In this document: in pieces, positions 1 to 8,053 of the stretch
Position numbering within the stretch: the stretch's first letter is position 1
How the letters are laid out: each line of letters begins with the position of its first letter
Assembly (NCBI GenBank): GCA_965215885.1
Contig: CBDCEW010000017.1
Location: 1-25,117, forward strand
Reading direction: 5' to 3'
Length of the DNA: 25,117 bases
From: Candidatus Moanibacter sp.
Lineage (GTDB): Bacteria; Verrucomicrobiota; Verrucomicrobiia; Opitutales; UBA2987
Position numbers and translations under genes: made by a program
The notes under the pieces: model-generated
The model's input: the letters and a program-made list of their open reading frames with translations, nothing else
Told to the model about the DNA's origin: nothing
Database searches by the model: none

Positions 1-234
1 CTGGTTTTCGATCCGACTCAAGTGGCGCAAAATAAGTCCTCCTCCGCTTCTTATTATTATTATACGGGAACCCAACTGGGAGGTCCGGGATGGCGCAAAG
101 TGGGCGATCTGTTTACAATATTTGACAACGTGGAAGTGTTGGAATCCGGAAGGGGTTTTATCGTTCGAAAAGCTATCACCGGTTCAGTTCAGTCATCCAT
201 CTGGGACGTTACGCCGACATTCCCGGTACCGTGA
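1..234 (+). CDS. C-terminal part of a TIGR02597-like (Verrucomicrobia paralogous family) protein, 5'-truncated by the window edge
   Basis: Frame is open from base 1 (LVFDPTQVAQNKSSSASYYYY...GWRKVG...GRGFIVRKA...), stop TGA at 232-234. The LVFD..NKS.S..YYY..W..G.GFI.RK pattern matches my recollection of TIGR02597 C-termini; not verified by HMM. Confidence 0.6.
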   Translation: MVFDPTQVAQNKSSSASYYYYTGTQLGGPGWRKVGDLFTIFDNVEVLESGRGFIVRKAITGSVQSSIWDVTPTFPVP

Positions 235-279
235 TTTTTTGAGAGCGCTTGACTTGAATATTCTCGAGCTTATTCGGGT

Positions 280-921
280 ATGACACTGAGAAAGAGTATT
301 TGCAGCCTACTATTGTTGGTTCTATCCGGCGGTCTGGCCTTTGGTACAATTACAATTAATCTGGAACTCGACCAGATAAAGGATCCTGGCGGGAACCCGG
401 CTGACGCACTGATCATTCTGGTGGCGGATACAGGAGGTGACGGTATTCAGTCGATTTTGATTCCGGGTGGGGTCAACGTATTCGACTTTGTCGGTGAAAA
501 CGATAACGATCAGGTCATAGCGACTGGATTTACCGCTATATCAGGAGTGGCCCAATTGGCATTTCCCGGGATCAATTTTGGTGATTACGATACTGGATTT
601 GAAGCCAGTGTTGCTTTTGGTGTATTTTGGATAAATGGTTTCACACCTTCGGGAGGAGGTTTGACTCTGTTTGGTGGAGAAAACTATGGATTTTACACAG
701 ATCCTAATGGGATCGATGGCAGCGCACCATGGTTTGCTCCGGCGGACGGAGCTACGGTTTCATTAAAGTTTCACACGGTGGATGCATTGTTTTTGGGAGC
801 CGGCACGAATGCAGCAGCTTTTGGTATTACAAATTTGACTGTCATTCCCGCACCATCCACCTACCTGCTGATGGCTCTTGGCGGGGTGGGGCTTCTGTTT
901 TACACGAGGCGAAGAAGCTGA
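280..921 (+). CDS. PEP-CTERM-type sorting-domain surface protein (variant IPAP motif)
   Basis: 213 aa. N-terminal signal peptide (MTLRKSICSLLLLVLSGGLAFG) and Gly/Asp/Phe-rich body. C-terminus VIPAPSTYLLMALGGVGLLFYTRRRS gives motif + TM helix + basic tail, as in PEP-CTERM. Confidence 0.85.
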   Translation: MTLRKSICSLLLLVLSGGLAFGTITINLELDQIKDPGGNPADALIILVADTGGDGIQSILIPGGVNVFDFVGENDNDQVIATGFTAISGVAQLAFPGINFGDYDTGFEASVAFGVFWINGFTPSGGGLTLFGGENYGFYTDPNGIDGSAPWFAPADGATVSLKFHTVDALFLGAGTNAAAFGITNLTVIPAPSTYLLMALGGVGLLFYTRRRS

Positions 922-951
922 GAAAAAGCGTTGTTTGAATTTTCGGATAAA

Positions 952-979
952 GGTCCCTGGATTTGAGGGGCCGTTTTTT
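952..979 (+). terminator. Probable intrinsic terminator after the PEP-CTERM gene
   Basis: GGTCCCT (952-958) pairs with AGGGGCC (966-972, one G-U), followed by G and T6 (974-979), 30 nt after the stop. Confidence 0.5.
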
Positions 980-1075
980 GTGTCTTCAAGCCGAGAGTGA
1001 CGAATTCCTCATTTGTCCTTATGCCTTCCAGCTTGGTTGCGGTCGTAGCCTGATGTACGGAATAGTAATAATTAA

Positions 1076-2558
1076 GCCTCGTCAGCAGAATCTGTGGGTT
1101 ATTTCGGGTTCAGGCAAGTCGCCCATGGTATGAAATAGGGCGATCTTAAGCACTTCGAAGCTCTTAAAGCCGTATGCTTTTCTGATAGTGAGATTTATAT
1201 TGCGGTTAAAGCCCTCCACAATGCCGCAGGAAAAGGCCTTTTTGGCCCGAAACCAGTTGAGGATGAGCGGCTCGTGTTTGCGCACCGAGCGCACGAACCT
1301 TTTGATCGGTTTGAGGCGCGAACGCATGGCGCGCGTGCACCATTTTTTCAGATACCATTGGGCCCAGTAGGGACTTTTATAATGCCACAAGAGCTGAAAG
1401 CTCTCCTTTAGTAGATAGGCCCGCACGCTCTTCAGATCGTATTGGAGCACCTCCTTGAGGCGGATCTGTTGGGTGGGGGTGAGATTTTGCGGATTTTTCA
1501 AGAAACAGTATTTGCTTTTGACCAGCACGTTGATGTAGCCGTCCCGTTGCAATCGCCTGGCTTCCGCAGCACGAATCTCATTGAGGGCCTTGTTCAGGTT
1601 GGCTACCAAGTGGAAGCGATCGAGGATGTGCAGCGCCTGGGGTGCCTTTTTCTTGATCACTTTGAGGTAAGGCTTCCACAGATCCGAGCAGACGTAGAGG
1701 ATCTGGCTGCTCTTTTGCGCTCCCAATTCCCAGAAAAAACGCAAGAGCGATTTTACGTTGCGCTTATTGAATACGCCCAATAGCCGCCGCCGCCCCTCGT
1801 CAAGCTGGTAGACCACGGTGAGATAGTGATGGCCTCGATGATACTGCACCTCATCGACTCCGATCGCCTCAATCCCGCTCATATCGCGCCGTTTGAGCCC
1901 CCAACGCACCATCGCCTCGACCGACTCGAAGACGTTGCGCCAGTTCGTGCGAAAAACCCTTGCCGTCTCTTCCCAGCTCAAGCGCCTCGCCCACTGGGCC
2001 AGAAACCATTGCATTGGCCAACTCAGATGACTCTTGCCCTTGGCCCAGGGCACCTCTTCGACCTTCACCCCGCACCGCCGGCAATTGACCCGCCGCATGC
2101 GGTAACGAAAATACACCTTCATCCCCCACAAGGGCACAAATTCAAAATGCCTCGCCTCGCTCATGTGGTCGTAGCCGCTGGCCGTCCGGCCACACCCCGA
2201 ACAGCACACCCGACTATTCTTGCGCGGCTCAATCTGCACCACAATCGCCTCCTCCGATTTCACCATTTCCATACTCGCCTTTGCGTAAACAAAGCTCTTG
2301 AGCCAATAGCACCGATTCAGTAGCGTTTTGATGAGCACTGGGTCCTCCGTGTTCAGGATGTATTTTCGGTACTACTTTCATCCTCGGAACGGCCCGGTGC
2401 TTCAACCTTTCAATCCCATATGCAAAGAAAACACCGACCAGCCCCTCCGGCTGTGGAGGAGCGGGATTCAGGGCAGCGCCCTGACTTCTCCTTGTGCTCA
2501 CCGACTCTATTTCCTCTTGTAAGCGACGTTACCCACCCACAGATTCTGCTGTAGACCC
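1076..2558 (-). mobile_element. ISL3-family insertion sequence (~1483 bp)
   Basis: 24-bp terminal inverted repeats: GCCTCGTCAGCAGAATCTGTGGGT (1076-1099) vs reverse complement of 2535-2558 GGGTCTACAGCAGAATCTGTGGGT (20/24, inner 17 identical). Encloses a single ISL3 transposase whose stop lies in the IR. No TSD seen. Confidence 0.85.
1082..2338 (-). CDS. ISL3-family transposase
   Basis: 418 aa, GTG start. Zinc-finger CSGC...CRRC and ISL3 DDE motifs IGVDE, VCSDLW, DRFHLV, VEGFNRNI...RKAYGFKS. Confidence 0.95.
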   Translation of the reverse strand: MLIKTLLNRCYWLKSFVYAKASMEMVKSEEAIVVQIEPRKNSRVCCSGCGRTASGYDHMSEARHFEFVPLWGMKVYFRYRMRRVNCRRCGVKVEEVPWAKGKSHLSWPMQWFLAQWARRLSWEETARVFRTNWRNVFESVEAMVRWGLKRRDMSGIEAIGVDEVQYHRGHHYLTVVYQLDEGRRRLLGVFNKRNVKSLLRFFWELGAQKSSQILYVCSDLWKPYLKVIKKKAPQALHILDRFHLVANLNKALNEIRAAEARRLQRDGYINVLVKSKYCFLKNPQNLTPTQQIRLKEVLQYDLKSVRAYLLKESFQLLWHYKSPYWAQWYLKKWCTRAMRSRLKPIKRFVRSVRKHEPLILNWFRAKKAFSCGIVEGFNRNINLTIRKAYGFKSFEVLKIALFHTMGDLPEPEITHRFC

Positions 2559-2575
2559 AAATGGAATAAGAAACT

Positions 2576-2806
2576 ATGAACATCGGTGAATTGCCGTCAC
2601 TGAGCCGGGAACTCATTGTGGTATTTGAAGGTGGCCTCAGGTGCATTTACAATTACTCAGGCGAGATTGGAGGAAAAGCACTCGAAGAAATGTTGCAGGC
2701 GCTAATCGATTACTTCTGTTATCCGAAATCCTTCTTTGTAAACGGAGCCCGGCGTGCCGCTTTATCGACGAATATGATTGTTCCGATTCTTGGGATCTCA
2801 AAGTAG
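2576..2806 (+). CDS. Small hypothetical ORF or gene remnant between the two IS elements
   Basis: 76-aa ATG ORF with protein-like composition but no recognisable motif. The frame continues with further stops, so it may be a pseudogene or spurious. Confidence 0.2.
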   Translation: MNIGELPSLSRELIVVFEGGLRCIYNYSGEIGGKALEEMLQALIDYFCYPKSFFVNGARRAALSTNMIVPILGISK

Positions 2807-3301
2807 CGGAAATCCCAGATCTTTGAAGGAGAAGCTCGCCTCAAGAAAGGACGCTCCGACAAGATTACGCTCCGCTCCATCCGATCCTGAAGACGGTGTC
2901 TAGCATCCGAAATGTTTACTGGATGCAAAAGTAGCCGGCATACCATGCTGGTAATTTTATCTTGCGGTAAGCCCCACCAGCGAGGCTGGTGGCGATTGAT
3001 CGGAAGGTGAGTTTGAAACAAGTCCGATAGCGGCTGCTCTCGCTGAAAGCGCCGTGGAGCGAAGGGAATCTGGAGGATCTTTCGCTTGGGCGATGGCAAG
3101 TCGGAGTTTGGCTCTTGAAGATTTTACCCAGCGTGGCCGCAGCCAAAATGAGCGGTTTCAAAGATTGAACCGCAGATGAACGCAGAGAATTGGATCCCGG
3201 CTCAGGAAAATCGCTCACGTAGTACGGCAGAGCTTCGCCGTGGCATGTTCGAATAAAGTAAGCGACCGGGCAACGACCTTGTAGCGCAAAGATGCCGACC
3301 G

Positions 3302-3310
3302 TGATATGAT
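3302..3310 (+). promoter_or_regulatory. Candidate extended -10 promoter of IS66 tnpA
   Basis: TGA-TATGAT matches TGnTATAAT at 5/6 in the hexamer, ending 6 nt before the tnpA ATG (3317). No SD visible. Confidence 0.3.
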
Positions 3311-3316
3311 TATGGG

Positions 3317-3682
3317 ATGGGAGAAAAAACGAGAGGGCGGACACGGTCGAAGCGAATCGTTCGACGAAGTCGGCAGGAGCGCAGGCGACTGATAAGCGCA
3401 TACCGTCGGAGCAATCAGACGCAGAGGGCGTTTGCCCAGCGGCACGGTATCAAGTATATGACCTTTATGGGATGGCTGCGCAAGGACCGGGCCGGGCACA
3501 GAAGCAGCGGGGTAAAATCGGCGGGGGCGCGGTTTGCCGAAGTTACGGTGCAGAGCAGCGCGGTCACGGAGGATCGGATCGAGATCGTCTTAGGGGACCC
3601 GATACGGGTGGAGGTGGACTGCGGTGTTGCGGTGGAACAAGTGGCGAGTCTGGTGAAGGCGTTGAGGGAATCGGGATGCTGA
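3317..3682 (+). CDS. tnpA: IS66 accessory protein TnpA (HTH-like)
   Basis: 121 aa. Segment LISAYRRSNQTQRAFAQRHGIKYMTFMGWLR and C-terminal IEIVLG..IRV..VASLVKAL typical of IS66 ORF1. Overlaps tnpB by ATGCTGA. Confidence 0.85.
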   Translation: MGEKTRGRTRSKRIVRRSRQERRRLISAYRRSNQTQRAFAQRHGIKYMTFMGWLRKDRAGHRSSGVKSAGARFAEVTVQSSAVTEDRIEIVLGDPIRVEVDCGVAVEQVASLVKALRESGC

Positions 3683-4026
3683 GCTTACCGGGAACGATGA
3701 AGGTTTTCCTGGCCGTGGGAGTAACGGATCTGCGAAAGAGCTTTAATGGTCTCTACGCCCTGGCGGCCAATCAGCTCAAGGAAGACCCGTTGAGCGGAGC
3801 GGTCTTTGTCTTCTGCAATCGCAGCCGGGACCGGGTCAAGATTCTGTATTGGGACGGCACGGGGTTATGGGTTTTCGCAAAGCGATTAGAGAAGGGTCGG
3901 TTCAGCTGGCCGCAGGGAGTGGACTTGAAAGATCAGAAGCTTCCATTGCGCCCTGAAGCGTTGAGCATGCTCTTGAACGGGATCGACCTGAGGGAGGGGA
4001 AGATGCGGCCCTGGTATCAGCGTTAG
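3676..4026 (+). CDS. tnpB: IS66 accessory protein TnpB (Orf2)
   Basis: 116 aa from ATG 3676 (shorter than the ORF-track call). Motifs TDLRKSFNGL, VFVFCNRSRDRVKILYWDGTGLW, KRLEKGRFSWP. Confidence 0.95.
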   Translation: MLSLPGTMKVFLAVGVTDLRKSFNGLYALAANQLKEDPLSGAVFVFCNRSRDRVKILYWDGTGLWVFAKRLEKGRFSWPQGVDLKDQKLPLRPEALSMLLNGIDLREGKMRPWYQR

Positions 4027-4092
4027 GTCAAAAAAAGTGATTTTTTGAAAAAGTATTGCTTTTCTTATTACCGTTAGTTTAGTATTGTTTTC

Positions 4093-5595
4093 ATGCCTGA
4101 AGTCGAGGTTTTGCAAACAGAGCTGGAGCAACTCCGAGAGGAGAATCGGCTTTTACGTCAGAAGATCGGCTGGCTCATTAAGCGCTACTTTGGAGGCAAC
4201 CAAAGCGAGCGGATCGATCCGGGACAGCTGGAATTGCTCCTGGCCGGGCTGGAGCAGGCCGAGGAAAACAAACCCGCTGAGCAAACGGCAGAGCCACCAC
4301 CCGAGCCGAAGGCGCGCAAAGGAGCTGGGGCGAGGCGACAGCGTCTGCCCGAGCACCTGGAAGTCGAAGAGATCGTAATCGAACCCGAAGCGGTGAAGGT
4401 TGAACCGCAAAAGTGGCGGTTGATCGGTGAGGAAGTCACTGAAGAGTTAGATTTGCTCCCGGCCCGATTTATCAGGCGGCGCTATATACGGCGCAAATAT
4501 GTATCTCGCGAAAAGCCCCAGGAACCTCCCGTGCTGGCGCCATTACCATCGCGGCTGATTGAAAAAGGGATCCCTGGAGTGGGGCTTTTGGTGCACATAT
4601 TACTGAGCAAATACGTCGATCACCTGCCGTTGTATCGGCAGGAGAAGATTTTCCGGGAACGCTACGGAGTAAGGGTGGCGCGCCAGAGCATGCTCGATTG
4701 GATCCACCAGGTAGCGCAATGGCTAAAACCCATCTACAACTACATGTGCTTACAATTGTTCGAGGGCGGTTACATCCAGGCGGACGAAACGCCCATCCGC
4801 TACCTGGATCCGGACGCAGGCAAGAAAGAGGGCTGCAGGAAAGGATACCTGTGGGTCTACGGGCGACCCGGCGGCGAGGTGCTCTACGACTGGCACACAG
4901 GCCGTGGGGTAAAATGTCTCGAGCAGTTCCTCAACGGATACGAAGGGTTGCTCCAAACCGACGGTTACGCAGCCTATGGCAGTTTCGCCCGGGAGCATAA
5001 CGGGATTACCCTGTTTGGGTGCTGGGCACACCTGCGACGCAAATTTGTGGAGGCGATGGATGAGAATCCGAAGCTGGCCGGCTGGGTGGTGCGGCAGATC
5101 CACAATCTCTACAGAGACGAGCGCCATCTGCGCGAACAGCGGGCCGGTCCCGCCTTGCGCGAAGCCTACCGGAAAAGCCATGGTCGGATGATCGTGGAAC
5201 GCTTGGGCAAAGCCTTGCCTATACTCAAACGGCGGGCCTTGCCGCGGAGCAAAATGGGTGAAGCCGTTGAGTATGCTCTGAACCAGTGGGAATCACTCAA
5301 GCGCTACCTCGAGCATGGCAAGGTTGAAATCGACAATAACCTCATTGAGAATGCTATCCGGCCGACCGCCCTGGGAAAGAAAAACTGGATGTTCATCGGC
5401 CACCCCAAGGCCGGTTGGAGAAGCGCCGTAATTTACTCGATCATTGAGAGTTGCCGGCGGCACGCAATTGAACCATCCGCTTACCTCACTGACGTCCTCA
5501 AAAGATTGCCGGACATGAACATCACCGAGATCGCCGAACTCGCTCCGGCGAATTGGAAGCCGACCCGAACAGGCGAACCGCTCGCAGCCTCTTGA
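4093..5595 (+). CDS. tnpC: IS66 DDE transposase TnpC
   Basis: 500 aa. N-terminal coiled coil, KYVDHLPLYRQ, QADETP, LQTDGYAAY, CWAHLRRKF, IDNNLIENAIRP, LGKKNWMF. Confidence 0.97.
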   Translation: MPEVEVLQTELEQLREENRLLRQKIGWLIKRYFGGNQSERIDPGQLELLLAGLEQAEENKPAEQTAEPPPEPKARKGAGARRQRLPEHLEVEEIVIEPEAVKVEPQKWRLIGEEVTEELDLLPARFIRRRYIRRKYVSREKPQEPPVLAPLPSRLIEKGIPGVGLLVHILLSKYVDHLPLYRQEKIFRERYGVRVARQSMLDWIHQVAQWLKPIYNYMCLQLFEGGYIQADETPIRYLDPDAGKKEGCRKGYLWVYGRPGGEVLYDWHTGRGVKCLEQFLNGYEGLLQTDGYAAYGSFAREHNGITLFGCWAHLRRKFVEAMDENPKLAGWVVRQIHNLYRDERHLREQRAGPALREAYRKSHGRMIVERLGKALPILKRRALPRSKMGEAVEYALNQWESLKRYLEHGKVEIDNNLIENAIRPTALGKKNWMFIGHPKAGWRSAVIYSIIESCRRHAIEPSAYLTDVLKRLPDMNITEIAELAPANWKPTRTGEPLAAS

Positions 5596-5693
5596 ACCCG
5601 GACACTGCCAGGATCCTCGCGCATGCCGCGATCCATAGGGCAGTTCACCGGTCGTTTACCGAATAAAGAGGAAGGCATCAACCGAATCTAGTC

Positions 5694-6196
5694 GTCTCCT
5701 CCCGTTCAGCGGGATGCGCCGAGCCAAGGAAAACCGCGGATTTGCCGTTGGGCAGATCTATGTTCCATTGCGGGGAATCGGAATCGGGTCGAAATAATCC
5801 TCCCAGAGCGAGAGCAGAGGTTCCCCGGAATTGCTGTAGTTCGAGAACGAGGACGATTACGAGAACGATATCTGGATGGAGAGGGAGGTGTCCGGTCAGT
5901 TGGGCACTCGGCGTCTGGGTCGGATCAGATAGAGAGTGAGATCTGTGGCAGCGGCAGGGCGAAAAGCTTCCGCTTTCCGCTACGCGCTTCGATTCGGATC
6001 GTAGTAGGGGATGGCGGATGGGAGAGTGTCCAGTGAAACCCGGCTGGCCGGGTCCTCGCTTAGCTCAGCGGTAAACAGTGGACAGTAGACAGTGGAGGGG
6101 ATAGCGAACATCGAACACTGAACGTTGAACTGAAGAGTTGGCGAGGAGAAGGATGAATGCCCAACGCCCAACATCCAACGCTCAACTTCCAATTGA
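5694..6196. repeat. Mosaic of short tandem repeats and palindromes downstream of gspF
   Basis: TCCCGTTCAGCGGGA (5700-5714); GGAATC x2 (5774-5785); CGANNA hexamers (5842-5870); ACCCGGCTGGCCGGGT (6038-6053); heptamers ACAGTRG x3 (6075-6095), GAACNNN x4 (6106-6133), CAAYNNN x5 (6162-6196). Confidence 0.75.
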
Positions 6197-6216
6197 GTAA
6201 GTCGGTCCGAACGACG

Positions 6217-7479
6217 TTAGACGGCCAAGGTATTGCTGATCTGGAAGACGGAGAAGATGATGGAGAGGGCGATGATGGTGACGAGGAGGAAGGCGAAGAT
6301 GAGGGCGCCGGAGGAGATGAGGGCAGTGAGGATGTGGAGGGATTGGGTGAGGTCGCGGCGGTTCATTTTGGTGATTTCGCGAAGGCTGTTGACGATGTTG
6401 CCGGTGTTTTCGCCGACGGTGAGGATGTCGGTGGCAATGTGGGGCAGGAAGTGGGTCTGCTTAAAGGCGGAGGCGAGAGAGACGCCCTCCTGGATCTGTC
6501 GCCGGCAGATGGTGCACTTGGCACGCATCTGCGTATTTTTAAGGGTGCGCTCGGCGAGGCGGAGGGTCTCGGTGGTATTTATGCCGCTCTCCATGAGGGT
6601 TCCCATGAGACTGGAGGCCTGGAAGATTTCTGAATAGAGGAAAATTTTTCCGATAAAGGGGATGCGCAGGAGCCAGTAGTCGGTGGATTCGCGTCCCTTG
6701 GGAGTTTTGCGCCACTGCAGGATACCGATAAGGATAATGATGAGGCCGACGATGAGGAAGGGACCGAGTTTAATGGCGAGGTCGGAGCCGCCGATGAGCG
6801 CACGAGCCAGGAACTGCATCTCACCGCCGAGGGTGTGAAGCATGTTTTCGATCTTGGGGAGGAGAAAGATGAGAAAGAAGGCGACCACGCCAAAGGCCAC
6901 GACACAGATAAAGGCGGGATAGGCGAGGCTGCTGAGGATGCGGGTGCGCAGTTCGGCGGACTCTTCCATATGCGCTACGACGCGCTCGAGAACCGGAATG
7001 AGGTTGCCGGAGGCTTCCCCGGCCTCGACGAGATGGGTGGTGGAGAGGGCAAAGACATCCGGCAGGGCGGCCATGGAGGAGGCGAGGGTTCGGCCTTCGC
7101 TGAGGTTCTTCCAGAGGCTGTTGGCCAATTCCTTCTGGCGCGGATCGCTCAGTCGCAGACTGAGGAGCTTTACGGCATCGCCGAGGGGCAATCCGCTGCG
7201 AAGCAGTTCGAGCAGTTTACTGAGAAAATTGAGGGCGAGTTTCTGCTTGGAATAGAACCCGGTCAAACGGCCGGCCGCTTTCGCTTTTCTCTCGCTCTTG
7301 AAAAAATCAATGGATTCCCCGGCCGTGGCGGAAGCGGTCTGGTCGCTCTGGGATATGGATACCGGTTTTACGTCCTGAGCGAAGAGTTGCTGCACCACCT
7401 GCTTGCGGTCGGTTGCCTCGATCACGCCGGTGACCGGCGCGCCCGAGGGGTCGATGGCTTTGTAGGTGAAGCTGGGCAT
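6217..7479 (-). CDS. gspF: Type II secretion system inner-membrane platform protein GspF/PilC family
   Basis: 420 aa. MPSFTYKAID..G..VTGVIEA N-terminus, two T2SSF repeats (GEASGNL..VLER, GENTGNI), LAYPAF and TM segments. Confidence 0.95.
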   Translation of the reverse strand: MPSFTYKAIDPSGAPVTGVIEATDRKQVVQQLFAQDVKPVSISQSDQTASATAGESIDFFKSERKAKAAGRLTGFYSKQKLALNFLSKLLELLRSGLPLGDAVKLLSLRLSDPRQKELANSLWKNLSEGRTLASSMAALPDVFALSTTHLVEAGEASGNLIPVLERVVAHMEESAELRTRILSSLAYPAFICVVAFGVVAFFLIFLLPKIENMLHTLGGEMQFLARALIGGSDLAIKLGPFLIVGLIIILIGILQWRKTPKGRESTDYWLLRIPFIGKIFLYSEIFQASSLMGTLMESGINTTETLRLAERTLKNTQMRAKCTICRRQIQEGVSLASAFKQTHFLPHIATDILTVGENTGNIVNSLREITKMNRRDLTQSLHILTALISSGALIFAFLLVTIIALSIIFSVFQISNTLAV

Positions 7480-7492
7480 CTAAGAGGAGGGT

Positions 7493-8040
7493 TTTACAGA
7501 AGGGAACGAAGAGAACGAAGATGAGAGAATGAAGAGTTGAAGAGAAGAGGATTTTACAGGAGGGAACGGAGACAATGGAGATGGGATAGATCAGGTATCA
7601 GAATTCAGGTGTCAGAATTCAGTGGTCAGTATACGAAATTCAGATGGCAGATGCAAGGTGCATGGAAAGTGAGATTGGAAGAGTCGAACAGAAGGAAACG
7701 AAGAGAACGAAGGTGAGGGAGAGGAGTGTGAACATCGGGGGTGAACCCCGGCAAGCCGGGACTTCGTCCCGCTGAGCGGGATCAGCAGTGGTCAGTGGAA
7801 GAGTCTCAAAGTCAAAGAGCTGAAGAGTTGCAGAGTGGAGGAAGTCAAAGTGGGGAAAGAAGATTGGGTTCTGGTTGTGGGTTTCGGGTTGTGAGGAGTC
7901 CATAAAAAGAACCAGAGTTGGAAACCTGAAACCAAGAACCAAAAACCCTTCTTTTCATTCCATCACTCCAATATTCCCTTTCGACGGTTGGGCAAGCTCA
8001 CCGCAGGCGAGGCTCAGGGTCTCCTCCCGCTGAGCGGGAT
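7493..8040. repeat. Mosaic of short tandem repeats and REP-like palindromes in the gspE-gspF spacer
   Basis: TTTACAGAAGGGAACGAAGAGAACGAAG-type block x3 (7493, 7553, 7688); TCAGNNN x6 (7591-7632); CCCGGCAAGCCGGG (7747-7760); TCCCGCTGAGCGGGA (7767-7781, 8025-8039); octamers (7800-7839, 7957-7980); inverted GGTTNNG / RAACCNN heptamer tracts (7873-7893 / 7922-7949). Confidence 0.8.
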
Positions 8041-8053
8041 CCGACATTCTTCT

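Larger units (their letters stand above)
3258..5659 (+). mobile_element. IS66-family insertion sequence (~2402 bp), complete, with 8-bp target-site duplication
   Basis: Ends GTAAGCGACCGGGCAAC (3258-) and reverse complement GTAAACGACCGGTGAAC (-5659), 14/17 identical with canonical GTAA...TTAC termini. Identical CGAATAAA at 3250-3257 and 5660-5667. Contains tnpA-tnpB-tnpC. Confidence 0.95.

Noticed and set aside
249..279. TTGACT as -35 of a promoter for the PEP-CTERM gene
   Set aside because: No convincing -10 hexamer at 16-18 nt spacing.
2641..2826. FIDEYDCSDSW resembling the YDFGD.W motif of pRiA4b ORF3-like proteins
   Set aside because: Only a few residues match in a short ORF with no other family features; cannot be supported.
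3472..3675. Long N-terminal extension of tnpB in the ORF track (similar extensions for gspD, gspM, gspK, the 10023 ORF and pheS)
   Set aside because: Most of these extensions overlap the upstream gene, and family similarity starts at the downstream ATGs used here.
6051..6080. TAGCTCAGCGGTA resembling a tRNA D-arm
   Set aside because: No D-stem closure, anticodon arm, T-loop (GTTCRA) or acceptor stem follows; it runs into ACAGTRG heptamers.
7493..7712. Three ~28-nt related blocks as a CRISPR array
   Set aside because: Irregular spacing (60 and ~135 nt), degenerate non-palindromic units, intervening DNA is itself tandem repeat, and no cas genes.
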